Shown: positions 39,201 to 50,752 of the stretch, in pieces
Position numbering within the stretch: the stretch's first letter is position 1
Layout: each line of letters begins with the position of its first letter
From: Setoptus koraiensis
Lineage: Eukaryota; Animalia; Arthropoda
Assembly: GCA_048013815.1 (NCBI GenBank)
Contig: CM106586.1
Coordinates: 15,934,001-15,998,000 of the forward strand
Length of the DNA stretch: 64,000 nt
Reading direction: 5' to 3'
Program-made: the position numbers and the translations under genes
Notes under the pieces: generated by a model
Seen by the model: only the letters and a program-made list of their open reading frames with translations
Database searches by the model: none
What the model was told of the DNA's origin: nothing

Positions 39201-40876
39201 TCAAATTTCTCTCGCTGATCGTCTGATTTACCTGTGCAATGTAAGCAAGTATTAATCATTTGTAATGTATGATTAGTTGATGATCAACTCTCTTCGCTGA
39301 ACACATAGTAGCTTCCGAGAAGCTTCGCCAAACGCTCAGCTCTTTTATCCGGCTGAACAAACAGACACTACTCATTAGAAACAACTCATACAAACAACAC
39401 AATCGCCAGTTTCAAACCGACTCTTCTCTCAACTGAAATAACTCTGAGAGTTTGTATTTAGATCAAACCTAACCTGATAGAATTTCGAGCCCTGTTTGTT
39501 GAAGGTATCACCCACTGACTGGGTGCTGGCGAAAGGCGTCTTATCAGGAATTTTGAATTATGAGAAAACCAAAAAATGACCTAAACTGACCGGAAAAAGC
39601 GACGTTAGGATCTCACAAAATGCGACTATGAATAGTTTTGACAGACTCTGTTCCCTTTGATCACTGCATCTGCTCGCAAAAACAGCCACCGGTGACTTGC
39701 ATATCATGCATAGCTAAATGGGCCCATCTTTGATCGATCAGACCAACCTCACGCCGCTCTCCTCGCCTGTTCTCCCAACAACGAGACTCAGGCTGACCAG
39801 AAGTGTATGAGATGACGTGACATAAATATGTTAATGGTGGGTCCATCGTCAGCCCGATTGCAACGGTCCATTTTGGATCACCATCACCGCACCCAAGACG
39901 ACATACAAACAGATCCAAAGGTGGCTTCGATCCACGATGACAGAATTTATGGCTGCCCGAGTGGCGCGGCTAAAGACACACTGGCACAGTCAGCAAATGA
40001 ACAAAAATGAAAACAACTTGACGATCAGTTCACTTCCGGTCCAGTTTCCTTTGGTTGGTTTCCTTTGGTTGGTTTCCTTTGATTGGTTTCCGTTAGTCTT
40101 GTTGCCATGATATAAGCCGAGCCAAGCTGGCCTTGCCCGTTTTGGTCCAGTTCCTGCACACTGCGCCGAAACGGTATTTACATGAATATTCAGTGAGGCA
40201 AGTTGCTCAAGCATCATGGAATTAATAATGCTCAGTGGAGATATTTCGCCACTTTCCCACCGAAGCCATTAGCAAACATTTTTTATTCATTCAGTATTTC
40301 TCGCTTCTCAACTCACCAAGCCTGCCACTAAGCCTATGGCATACCGAGAGCGGTGCGATGTGAGCGATCATCGTTAAAAGTGTATCGCCAAACAGATCAG
40401 ACCAAATTTATCTCCGGTTCTATCAAATGGATAAGAAAATTGCGAGCAAGGGAGCTCCAGTCCATTGCGCCCAACGATACATAATGAAGCAAAGGAAGGG
40501 ACAAGGTTGGCAAATCTCAGAGCGCCGATTTAGACACAAGCACTTCAGGCAGGTCAGCGCAAATGAATGCGAGCGCAACACCATTTCGGAGATCTTAATC
40601 AGCATTTACTCATTTACTTTCGCCAGTGATAAAAATTAGATCAGAGAATTGACATAGACAGAGTTGACACTTTTGTCCGTTCGCTTGCTTTACCGATCAT
40701 TTATTAGTGTTTCATGACAACGAGATAAGCCATCCGCGAAGTCACAATGCCATCAGTGAATTCACTTCTAGCCACTGATGACTCTTCTCTTTCCATTTAT
40801 CTTCAGTTACTGTCACTCCAACGAGCCCATATGCATCTCGTATGTCTAAAGATTCCTCATCTGTTGTACCTAGTGA

Positions 40877-41044
40877 TCAGGCTGATGTGTCGAAATAATT
40901 GCCGCTATAATCATCATCGTCCTTGGTTGAGCTTCCACATCCAAAGCAGTCGCCCCAACCCGCCAAAACGACATTGGGTCCATTGTTTACAGCCTGCAGT
41001 ACTATTAGCAGACAGACAATAAATGCTAACACAATTAACTTCAT
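40877..41044 (-). CDS. Small secreted peptide precursor, 55 aa, unknown family (not in the ORF track)
   Basis: Translates as MKLIVLAFIVCLLIVLQAVNNGPNVVLAGWGDCFGCGSSTKDDDDYSGNYFDTSA. Clear signal-peptide pattern, A at -3 of the ATG, upstream TATA and Inr, and AATAAA at 40705-40700. Confidence 0.75.
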   Translation of the reverse strand: MKLIVLAFIVCLLIVLQAVNNGPNVVLAGWGDCFGCGSSTKDDDDYSGNYFDTSA

Positions 41045-41129
41045 GATGACTTGCACCCGTTACTTATTGATTCAATTTGGTATTGCTCAAATAAAAGAGA
41101 TATTTCTTCTCAAGCGCAAATTTCTAGTG

Positions 41130-41162
41130 GATGAATGCGCCGCTGGAAACGATTCTTTTATA
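41130..41162 (-). promoter_or_regulatory. TATA box plus initiator for the small secreted-peptide gene
   Basis: TATAAAAG at 41162-41155; TCATC with its A at 41132, 30 nt downstream of the first T of TATA (canonical Pol II spacing). Confidence 0.65.
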
Positions 41163-41681
41163 CCCGTCGATCTGATAATTTTTCATCTATCTCACCTCGA
41201 TGACTCCACATACAGGTGCTGTTGCTCACGCAAATGGTAAATCTATTTTTAAAAATATTGTTGTTTTGGTGACATTCCTACAATTGTCAGATGTGTCGTA
41301 ATCGATACCTTACCTAGCACCCCTACTGCATAATATTTTCTATTCGTGAAAAACTTTTCATACACGCAATGTAAGCATGACAGAAATTACTACACTATTC
41401 TGTCCCAAGTTGTCGAAGTATCACAAACAACATTAAAACAAAAATATCACAAAAAAATCACAAAAATATCGTGAATTTGAGAGATTATCTCGCTCAGAGC
41501 GAAAGAATCCCGCCCGAAACGAGCGCTCGCTCCGCGACAAAATTACATGCACAAAATTCAATTTTACCGCGAGAAAATCAAGTTAAAACATTGAAAACAT
41601 GATCGTTTTCGCATTTGAACTTGTTCGCTTCCAGATGACTATTTCTGTGTCTCAAATCATAATATCCCGTCAGAATTATTT

Positions 41682-42266
41682 ATGAAGATGCAACACAAAC
41701 AAATATTCACTCTTCTAACAAGATGTTTGATGAACAAATCGAATGTTCTGGCTCACAATCCACCAGTAAACTTGGTGGCTCAACAACCTCGACGTCTATT
41801 GTCCTGCACGGGCCAATTGAGAGCCGAGGAGTCATACGACCTTGGGCCGTATCCTAGAACAAAGGAGGACTATTTGAGGGCCGCAAGGAAGTACAATCTT
41901 ATACCAGAGGATTACAAACCTCTACCCGAGGAAGAAGGTCTCGGTGATTACCCTGACATCCCAGCCTTCAGTGGATTTAGGCGTGACAGATATGAGGATT
42001 ATACCGATATAATGTTCGATCGCAGTTATGGAGAGATCATACACCGTGACGCCGATCTATACTACTGGGAGAGAATTGATCCCCAGCACGAGGAATATCA
42101 GAGGATGTCTCTGGCTCTGAGATGTTTTATCTTTTTTGGTTTCTGGGCCTTCTTTCCTGCGGTGCACTTTGTGAGTGAGTACTTTGATATTCACGTCAAT
42201 CACCCTAGAAAGCAAAAACAACACCCCAGGGATGGTCCTCATTACTCATTTGATTTAGTAGATTGA
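41682..42266 (+). CDS. NDUFB8: NADH dehydrogenase 1 beta subcomplex subunit 8 (ASHI), intronless
   Basis: LGPYPRTKEDYLRAARKYNLIPEDYKP...GLGDYPDIP and DRYEDY; basic presequence-like N-terminus; one TM segment. Confidence 0.92.
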   Translation: MKMQHKQIFTLLTRCLMNKSNVLAHNPPVNLVAQQPRRLLSCTGQLRAEESYDLGPYPRTKEDYLRAARKYNLIPEDYKPLPEEEGLGDYPDIPAFSGFRRDRYEDYTDIMFDRSYGEIIHRDADLYYWERIDPQHEEYQRMSLALRCFIFFGFWAFFPAVHFVSEYFDIHVNHPRKQKQHPRDGPHYSFDLVD

Positions 42267-42511
42267 TCGAGAATCGTGGTAGCAATGTTAGCGATGTTAT
42301 AAAGTCATTGTAAAATAAATAGTCTACAAGAATATCTAGATTTTTTTTTGTCGCCTCTAGCCAGCTCTTTGTGCGGCAAGACGATCGAATTGCCATGGGT
42401 ATGATCGGTTATTCGATGGGAATCATCGTGCTGTATCACCGGAATAAAAGAGGAGGAGAGGCACAGATAAAAGTTTAAATCACCCTCTGTTATATTTTAT
42501 ATTGATTTGGA

Positions 42512-43563
42512 TCATGATATACACATGTTGTTATCCTGTTGCAGTTTGGATTTAGCATATTCCACAAAGTCATCTATAAGCACGGGCCAGGCTCCCTCTT
42601 CGTCGTAGTTTGACATATCATCATTTATCATTCTGCTAAAATCCAATAGTAAATTCCAGGTGTCTCTAGGTATAGCTCTCTTATGCGTTTCCTGTAGAAA
42701 TTGTATCCATAGATCGAGGAACCTAAATCTGCCACTTAATACTATCTTCCAGTAGGCGATTGCCATATCGAGATCTAATGATTTTTGGCTAGCATTCTTG
42801 GCATAATTGAATGTGAATTGATAGAATTCCTTGAATGTGGCCTGGTTTTCAATTTCTTGCTGCAATGAGGGCAATCTAGATTTTAATTTGTCTATAGAAT
42901 CACAGCCTAATTCGAGCATACCATATGAGAATTCATCATGCGTAAATTCGCACTGAGTTGAGGCGTTGAATTTCCACGCAATTATTAAGACAATAATGGA
43001 GGCCGGATCTAGGCCTAGCTCGTCTAAGAATCTGACAACGCCATCGGCAGTGATTTTTTCCGGCTCCGTGGGGTCCCTATACCTCTGGTAGGTGGCCTCG
43101 AGCTTTCTCTTGTCCAAACTGGAGTGTTTGGCTAGATCACGGTGAAAAGCTTCGGGGTTCTGAAAGTACATGTCGCTGGCGATTTCGAGCTGCCAATTGT
43201 ATTGTTGCAGACAGTGTATGGCCGTCTTCTCATTGGTGTTGGTGAATTGCATGAATGACTTGACCCGCTCGCGCTGGTTCGCCTTGAGCTTATTCTGCGT
43301 TGCGTGGGTTTCGTTTCGTTTGGTTTCATCGGGTTTCGTTGGGTTTCGTTGGGTTTCATCGGGTTTCGTCGGGTTTCGTCGGGTTTCGTCGGGTTTCGTC
43401 GGGTTTCGTCGGGTTCGGTTGCGGCGTTCGTTGGGTTCCGTTGGTTCGCGGGGTCCGGTTAGGTGTTCGTCGGGAGGGAGAGAGAATTGGAATTGGTCAG
43501 TGGCTTGTCGGCGTGATATTCGGGATATTAGTGACAGGTTATTGTTTGTCACCGACTTACCAT
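42512..43563 (-). CDS. DCUN1D1: DCN1-like protein 1 (neddylation co-E3; UBA-like plus PONY domain), 2 exons, ~261 aa
   Basis: The first coding exon is the ATG alone (43563-43561), followed by GTAAGT; the 266-nt intron ends ACGCAG|AAT AAG (exon 2 is 43294-42512), giving [14 protein letters not shown] motifs [29 protein letters not shown] and [11 protein letters not shown]. Confidence 0.93.
43310..43412. repeat. 10-bp minisatellite (GGGTTTCGTY)n inside the DCUN1D1 intron
   Basis: About 9 degenerate copies; source of the false [11 protein letters not shown]-terminus in ORF 42512..43552. Confidence 0.9.
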
Positions 43564-44579
43564 AGTTGCTGGGCGACTCCGTAAAGCTATGAATGTCAGC
43601 TTAGTAGTTGTGTGTGGTATAAAATGGCGTGACAAATATCAGATTGTGTGGCTACTGGCGGGGCTAGCTGTCGTGTTTGGGCTAATCTCATAGAGGCTGG
43701 CTAATTAAGCGGCCGAATATACGATAATAATAATGAATTTTTCATCAAAATCCAGTCAGTGATTTCAGTCAGTGCCATCCAACGCTCGCCACTGCACCGA
43801 CGTCGCTTGTGAGCTGGCGACGGCCATGGCTGCCTGTTTGTCTCTGTGATGCGTAATGCCTTGCACACACACACACTGTGTATTGCACAGTGTGTAATGC
43901 ACAGTGTGTGAGCGACACACACACACACACAGGATCGAGGCGACATCTAGTGCTCGTGACCGGCGCCATTTACGGATCGACATTTCATTATGCGCCATTT
44001 ACAATATATCACCAATTGTCAATTAGTAATTGACATTCGAACAACAACCGTTAGTTTGTTTGCCTCGAATAATTGGCCCATTTTGCACACCCAACCACAA
44101 CAACTGACCCGCGTCCAGCCACATCCGAGCCCTAATCCGCTTGGGGACCACCCGCTCCGATGGCGGTGCCGCGTGGCACCCGTCAACGCCGCACCATTGT
44201 GATCTCCGGTCTTTTCCAATGTCCAGTGTCCAATGTCCAGTGTCCAATGTCCAGTGGCCGGGGCTCCCGCTTGAGCCCGAAGAGTTGACCGGACGGCCGC
44301 TCATATCGACTGTATATTAACTGTGTATTGTCGACCGATGTCGTCGGCGAGTGACTTGTCGGCAGTGAGGCAGAGCGAAACGGCCAACTTGTCCGCGTCA
44401 ACGAGCCACAATCGCAAAGTCACTTGTTATGCCGGGCCCCCCCCCCGCGATTTTGTAATGGCCGCAGACAATCCGCCCGCAGTCGCGAGTAACTTGAGAC
44501 AAATTCTTTCAATGTCAGCTCTGTCGCTGTTAGCTGTCACTTGTGCGCCGGTGCCCTCACTGCCCCCTCGAAAGTTTCA

Positions 44580-45955
44580 CACTTGATTTATATCCGCACC
44601 AAATGAGCGGCCGTGAGTGGGCCGCCGCAACAACAACCACGAGCCATTGTTGTGGGCACCGAGGAAACTTGCATCAGTTCCTATATCGCTCTACATTTCG
44701 ATTACTATTGCGATTATCATTGCGATCATCATTGCGATCATCATTGCGCTCATTATTGCGATTATTATCAGTGCGACCATGAATAATCATCGTACCGTCA
44801 TCTGGTGGCACTTGATTTATTGCAACTTACGACTGTACTCAAACTATCGGATCGCCAGAACGCTTGCTCTCTCTGTTGCTCTAATTAGTGCTAATAAATT
44901 AACCCATATCTCTCGGTGTAACGTGTTCGCGCATACGTATTTGCGTATTCATGCGTATGTGTATATTAACCGCGCGCTGTTATTATTATTGTTATTGTTA
45001 TATAACATCAGTCGGTGAACAGATATAAACAAACTGGGCCAGTCGCGCAAAGTTTGTCTATTATTATGCAGTGATAGATTGCAGATACAATTGAATATCC
45101 ACAATATCGCCGCTGCTGCTGCTATATCAAACGTAACGCAATGGCGCATTAGTGGTGAGGCAAATAGATTAGCGAAATTAGTATAGCCGCACAAACAGCT
45201 CACAAATAAACCAGAGATGGAAAGGCGACTCGGGGGGCTCTAAAGTAATCGAGATGATTGCCGCGATATTGGCGCCAGTGCCGCGCAACACAATCAATTA
45301 CTGGCACCAATTTACAAACCTTGGCCAAAGTCATGAGCGACTTTCGCATGCGTTTGTATCGGGCCAGCGCGATACACTGCAATCTCTTGTCCATCCCAAA
45401 CATATCTGTCTATGTGTATTTACACAAATTGGCCCCCTTCTCTAGACCTATAACTTTGCAATTCTATATGGAATATGATCGCGTCGAGTGTGTCATGATC
45501 ACTTGACCATAACCATACCACCGCCATCCTCATAACCACAACACCACCGCCATTCTCATAAGCATAATTGCAGCCATGCTACTTAAGAGCACTGTTGGTC
45601 GTTTCTGGTCAATGGTCAGCATCAACACCAATCATGTCGCTGCTGTTGGTTGTGTTTGGCCAACTTGGGCATGTCAGTTTTCGAGTTTTCTTCTCTGTCG
45701 CAGCTTACATGGCGGGCGATTTGTGGTTCGCTTCGACTGTTCGTCTCGATCACCTGATGTCCGAGAGAACGGATAAACAGTTGGCACTAATAACTGGCTA
45801 ATAGCACTCAATGCAATAGGCCAAACAAGTGAATAACTGAGTATAGGCGCGTGCGCAAAGTGTATCATGGCAAAATATCACCACCATTAGTGTCAGTTGT
45901 TCAGTTATAAGGCCAATTATAGGTTTACGCAAATGGCAGAAGCTTTGCCACTTGA
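44580..45955. promoter_or_regulatory. Putative HAND enhancer: four NK-2/Tinman sites (CACTTGA) plus GATA sites
   Basis: CACTTGA at 44580, 44809, 45500 and 45949; WGATAR matches at 44714, 44765 and 45072. Confidence 0.45.
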
Positions 45956-46081
45956 GTGAAAGCAGTGATCGAGCAAAAATAGTTGAGCCAACTTTGAATG
46001 CAACAACAGCAAAATTAAAAAATAAGGTGCGCGAATGTGGACAAGACAACTCAATCAACTGAACGCCACTAGCCACGGGAT

Positions 46082-47368
46082 ATGTCAAACGACAAATTAT
46101 CGCCCACACAATACGAGCAGAGCGTGACACCACAGAAAATGCACAACAATGAATCGGCAGCAAATTTGCACTTATACTTGCACAATTCGCAAGATTTGCC
46201 TCAGATGCAAATGCAAACAGTTCACAATTACAACGATTACAACAAGTACGACAGTGATCATCAACAACAACAAGCGAGTTACGAGGACCCTCGCAGTTTC
46301 TACCCCATGACCACATCGGTCATAGCGCCTGACCAAATGAATGAACCGACACAAACACAAGCTACATTGATAACGATGAAATCTAACAACAACAACAACA
46401 GTTATGTAATGGCAAATAGACAAACGGCCGTGTATCACAATCAGGCGATAAATGGCCAACAGTACCAACAGTTAACGCAACAGGCACCACCCTTCTTGTT
46501 GGCATCTGTCCCGACACCGTACGACAGTAGCCATAGCCATTCTTGCCAATGGATGGAGTCCGCACCGCCGGCACAGCCAAACAGACCACAATACAACCGA
46601 GCGGATCGGATATCAGACAGATCAGATAGAATAGATAGACGAGCGATATTGGTGAATGAGGGCCAAAACGAAACGATGATACTGAGTAATGACGAGCAAC
46701 GTCCGCTCGAAGTGCAACCGCCAACGGTAATTATCAAAAAAAGAGTTAAAGCCAACAGAAAGGAGCGCAAGCGGACCCAATCCATCAATCAGGCTTTCTC
46801 AGATTTGCGCAAACACATACCAAACGTGCCTTCTGATACAAAACTATCCAAAATCAAAACTCTCCGACTGGCTATAAGCTATATTGGGCATCTGATGGAA
46901 TCACTGGATCAAGATCAAGGGGACACTGTCACTTCGAGGGGCAGCTCAACTGACAAGCAGCATATATTTATTGGTGATATCGAAGATGGCCAAGACGCTC
47001 CAAAGCAACCCAACGACCGCCAACAGGCTCGAGACGAGCACAGTCGGACGGGCTCAAACGGCTCTGACAACTTTGCCAGCAGTACACCCACTTTGAACTG
47101 GGTGGCCGGCCCCAACAGCCAAGCCCCATCTCATGCAAATACCCCAACAACTGTCAAGAGAAACAAAACTGCCAAGGTTAGGACAGGTTGGCCAGAGATA
47201 GTTTGGTCATTATCCTCCACTAGCAATGCTATGACAAATAACCAAATCAATGCAGCACAAAACAATGCCCTAATTACAGGTAGAGCTATCAATAATTTGG
47301 ACCAGAAACCGGAAACAGTCCACAACAGCACATTGTGCAATGCACGAGCAAATGAATCAAATTTGTAA
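46082..47368 (+). CDS. HAND: Heart and neural crest derivatives-expressed bHLH transcription factor, intronless
   Basis: b[48 protein letters not shown] and the HAND-specific C-terminal motif RTGWPEIVW. Confidence 0.93.
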   Translation: MSNDKLSPTQYEQSVTPQKMHNNESAANLHLYLHNSQDLPQMQMQTVHNYNDYNKYDSDHQQQQASYEDPRSFYPMTTSVIAPDQMNEPTQTQATLITMKSNNNNNSYVMANRQTAVYHNQAINGQQYQQLTQQAPPFLLASVPTPYDSSHSHSCQWMESAPPAQPNRPQYNRADRISDRSDRIDRRAILVNEGQNETMILSNDEQRPLEVQPPTVIIKKRVKANRKERKRTQSINQAFSDLRKHIPNVPSDTKLSKIKTLRLAISYIGHLMESLDQDQGDTVTSRGSSTDKQHIFIGDIEDGQDAPKQPNDRQQARDEHSRTGSNGSDNFASSTPTLNWVAGPNSQAPSHANTPTTVKRNKTAKVRTGWPEIVWSLSSTSNAMTNNQINAAQNNALITGRAINNLDQKPETVHNSTLCNARANESNL

Positions 47369-47429
47369 TTAATCACAATCATCACAACATTAATTAATTT
47401 TATTTTATTTATAGTTGGTTGGGGTCTGT

Positions 47430-50150
47430 CTATATGAAAATATCTTTCTCTTGCTTGGATAAGGCATTGTCTAGCGCAGCTTGTATTTTCGGCGATATCA
47501 GTGGCGCTTGATAGGAGCGTAATGTGCACTTGGGTATAATCAATCTCTCTTCTAGTATGTTCTTGTATCTATAGCGAATATTTGTTCCAATTGTTTCTGC
47601 CACTCTCTCAAATTTACTTCTAGCTCGCAAACTTTCATCATTTCTATATCTGGGCATTGCAATTGGTTTACATGTTGCGTCATTGGTTGCGCTATCGCTG
47701 TTTTGGGCTGCACTTTGACTTGATTGGGTCGCTATTGACGAATCAGACGACGACGACCCTTGTTGTCGGAGAACGGTTAGGAATGGCTTCAAATGACAAG
47801 TGTTATCCTTGTCGTTGTAAACTAATAGTTTCTGCTCAAATAGTCTATCTGAATATTCTTTAGGTATGAAGTTGCTCATTATGAGATACTTCAACTTCAA
47901 CTCTTTCAACAGTACACCTTGTACTTGATCCAACTCTTCTAGTTCTAGCCTGTTTGCATTATGCAACACAGTGATTTCTTTCTTCAGCAATTGAATGTGC
48001 GATTCAATTGATTTCAATTTTGTTGTTTTCATGTCCAACTCTTGCTGCAACGAACTGAATGTTTGCTTTGTCTCAAGCTCCAGTTCCTCTTGTCTACACA
48101 GTTTTAATCTGATATCTTGTTCCATCTCTTTGAAAGTGGCCAATTGCTGACGACGCTTTTCTAGCTCACTTTGTTGCTTATTAGTGTAGCCTTCCATTAT
48201 ATTATCGAGATTGTTAGATTTGTCTAGTATTGTTGTTGTTGTTGTTATTGATTTGGTTGCGCCAATCGCTTCTTGCTGTTGCTGTTTGTTTGTTAAATGT
48301 TGCTCGTCGCCACCATTATACACGCCATTATCTTGACTATTGAGTAATTTACTCTCCAATGATTTCAATTTTGATATTAAACTCTGTAACTCTTTATATT
48401 GCTCATCGTGCTCATTGTTTGTATCTATTTGTCGCTCTGCTCTCGATTGATCTGGAGCTTGTTGTTGCTCATTATGAACCCATAAATCACCGCCATTAAT
48501 GTCACCATTAGACTCATCACTATCAACCGACAATCCTTCCATCTTTTTAGCGTTACAGTTGTCTGAAGTGCTTATTTCGTTTGAGCCGCCATTTTCTTGT
48601 TTCTTTTTCTTTATTGTGGCCAATCTTGTTTTCAATGTTTCAATTTCACGTTGAAACTCTCGCAACAAAGCATCTTTTGGATCTTCGTTAACCCTGGGCT
48701 TGTTTTGTATACATTTGGCTCGGCTTGCATAACTCAACGTGTCAATTGTCTCGTCATAATTATAACTAGCTGGACCTATATTAGCTAACATTAGTGTTTT
48801 GGCATTGCCGCCTAGTGAATCCTGCAATAAACGTGTCAACTTCGAATCTCTATACGGTATGTGTGGTGTATCATTGCTTGATTTGTTTGTATAATCATTG
48901 GAGCTTGCCGACATGAGAGAATTGATTACGTTGCCTAAAGCCGATAGGGATAAATTTATTTTGATTGCTTCCTTTTGACGCTGACCTAAGCTGTTTGTTT
49001 TTCGTTGCCGTTCGCTACCCGCCAAGTCCACCAGGTTCAATTTTCCAACTTTAATCGAGGCTCTATTATCGTTATTTGCTTTTGTACGTGGTAAAATATT
49101 GTTGTTGGTTGAATCGGCGTCAAGCGTTGGTTTGAATTGCTGCTGTTCAATTGTAATCATAAAAATGGCATGAGATCTGGAACTGTGCTCGTTCATATCG
49201 GTGGCGCCAACAGATCTATTCTGGTTACCCACTTTCATGACTCTCTCAATCTCTTTAATTGATTTGCAAACAAACGAAGTCAGGTCTTTGACATAAACAC
49301 CAACTTCCGGATGCTCATGTAGCTCAAGCCTTCTGGAATGATCTTTGCCCAATAAGTCGCGAATCTCTTCTTGATATATTTCCATGTAGCTACTTCTAAC
49401 TAGATATTGTGTAGAAGAATTCTCTGTAATGCGCCGAAATATATGCTCGAACGCCTTGGGTATGATGCCTCGCAAATCTTTGTTCGTTCGGTCTTGATTG
49501 CTTGGATTTACTTGATCTGTGGATTGTCTTGTTGAACTTGCTCGCCGTGTGGATGCTCGTGGAGAATTCAATCCCTCCATTGTGTAGGTTTTTCCTGTTC
49601 CCGTTTGTCCGTATGCAAATATTGTCCCATTGAATCCTTGCAAGACACTGTCCACTATTGGCCGGCACACCTCATTATAGATTTCATCTTGTTCGGAGTT
49701 CCAGCCGAACACCGCGTTGAATTTAAACACTTTCGAATGATTTCTTCTCGTGCTCTTCCTAGTTCCGAGCAGATTGCTTGGCTCTAGATTGGGATTTCTA
49801 ATTATTATTTCGCCACGTTCACAAGCCAACTCGATGATAGATTCGTGACCGTCAGCTATCTCTTTCTCACTCATAGGTCGACATCTCACCGCCACCTTTA
49901 TACATTCGGGCTCGATTGGACAGCTTTTGATCGAGGCTCCGGACACACTCTTTGCACTAGAGATTGGCCTCGAGGAGGAGCCGTCATCCACCGATGACTT
50001 GGTTGTGGATGCAGTGCCCACCGATGAACGGCGCCTCGAAAATGAATTTGTCTCACTACTAGATCTCGAACTCTTTTTTGTCACGCTCCTCACCTCCAGA
50101 GAGGACCTATTTAAAGAAGGTGGCCCAGCTAGAGAAGATGACGTCGACAT
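47430..50150 (-). CDS. KIF3B: Kinesin-2 beta-type motor (KIF3B/Klp68D-like), intronless
   Basis: Motor motifs VAVRCRP, GQTGTGKT, NRSVGATDMNEHSSRSH, LVDLAGSE and HIPYRDSKLTRLLQDSLGGN; coiled coil; tail SPKIQAALDNAL typical of KIF3B/Klp68D. Confidence 0.88.
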   Translation of the reverse strand: MSTSSSLAGPPSLNRSSLEVRSVTKKSSRSSSETNSFSRRRSSVGTASTTKSSVDDGSSSRPISSAKSVSGASIKSCPIEPECIKVAVRCRPMSEKEIADGHESIIELACERGEIIIRNPNLEPSNLLGTRKSTRRNHSKVFKFNAVFGWNSEQDEIYNEVCRPIVDSVLQGFNGTIFAYGQTGTGKTYTMEGLNSPRASTRRASSTRQSTDQVNPSNQDRTNKDLRGIIPKAFEHIFRRITENSSTQYLVRSSYMEIYQEEIRDLLGKDHSRRLELHEHPEVGVYVKDLTSFVCKSIKEIERVMKVGNQNRSVGATDMNEHSSRSHAIFMITIEQQQFKPTLDADSTNNNILPRTKANNDNRASIKVGKLNLVDLAGSERQRKTNSLGQRQKEAIKINLSLSALGNVINSLMSASSNDYTNKSSNDTPHIPYRDSKLTRLLQDSLGGNAKTLMLANIGPASYNYDETIDTLSYASRAKCIQNKPRVNEDPKDALLREFQREIETLKTRLATIKKKKQENGGSNEISTSDNCNAKKMEGLSVDSDESNGDINGGDLWVHNEQQQAPDQSRAERQIDTNNEHDEQYKELQSLISKLKSLESKLLNSQDNGVYNGGDEQHLTNKQQQQEAIGATKSITTTTTILDKSNNLDNIMEGYTNKQQSELEKRRQQLATFKEMEQDIRLKLCRQEELELETKQTFSSLQQELDMKTTKLKSIESHIQLLKKEITVLHNANRLELEELDQVQGVLLKELKLKYLIMSNFIPKEYSDRLFEQKLLVYNDKDNTCHLKPFLTVLRQQGSSSSDSSIATQSSQSAAQNSDSATNDATCKPIAMPRYRNDESLRARSKFERVAETIGTNIRYRYKNILEERLIIPKCTLRSYQAPLISPKIQAALDNALSKQEKDIFI

Positions 50151-50752
50151 GTCTAAGTTGATTTTTTTAAATGGTATCTTTTAGTTTGAAACAATGCAAT
50201 TCTTTACTTGTGCCTAATAAGGGTAGATTATCAATTTATATTGTGATCATCAATATATCTTGATACATATATTTTGTTTTTCTTTCTATTTGGCGATGAA
50301 ATTTCAAACAAAATAATTCATCTAACTTAAATTGATGTATGTTACATTATTTAGGTATTTTTTATACATATACATACACATATATACAGAGATATATGAT
50401 TACATAATGACAGTGTACTGCCGACAGTGTAGTCGATTGGTTGACAAGGCAACAGAGGCTGGCTGCTTGTCCGTAGAGCGTGACCCCTATGCTGCTTTGA
50501 ATCCTATAGTTGTCCCGTTTAGTAGTAAGTAATTATATTAGTAATTGTTCCAGGAGCATCTATACTGAAGCGAGTGGAGTAGGTTCTATTTTGACCTGAC
50601 CATTATATAACCTGTGAACTTCATCAACTTGACCTCATTGGTTAACTGTTATTCATGTTCACGATCAAACCTTGAATCCCTCTTTTTTTCTGTATAATAC
50701 ATGAGCTCGAACGAAGAGATAAAAATGCTCTGAATGATCAGATCACAGTCAA

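Noticed and set aside
43295-43552. 86-aa N-terminal extension of DCN1 in the ORF track
   Set aside because: It starts at GTG, lies between a perfect GTAAGT donor and a CAG acceptor, and is made of a 10-bp minisatellite, so it is intron.
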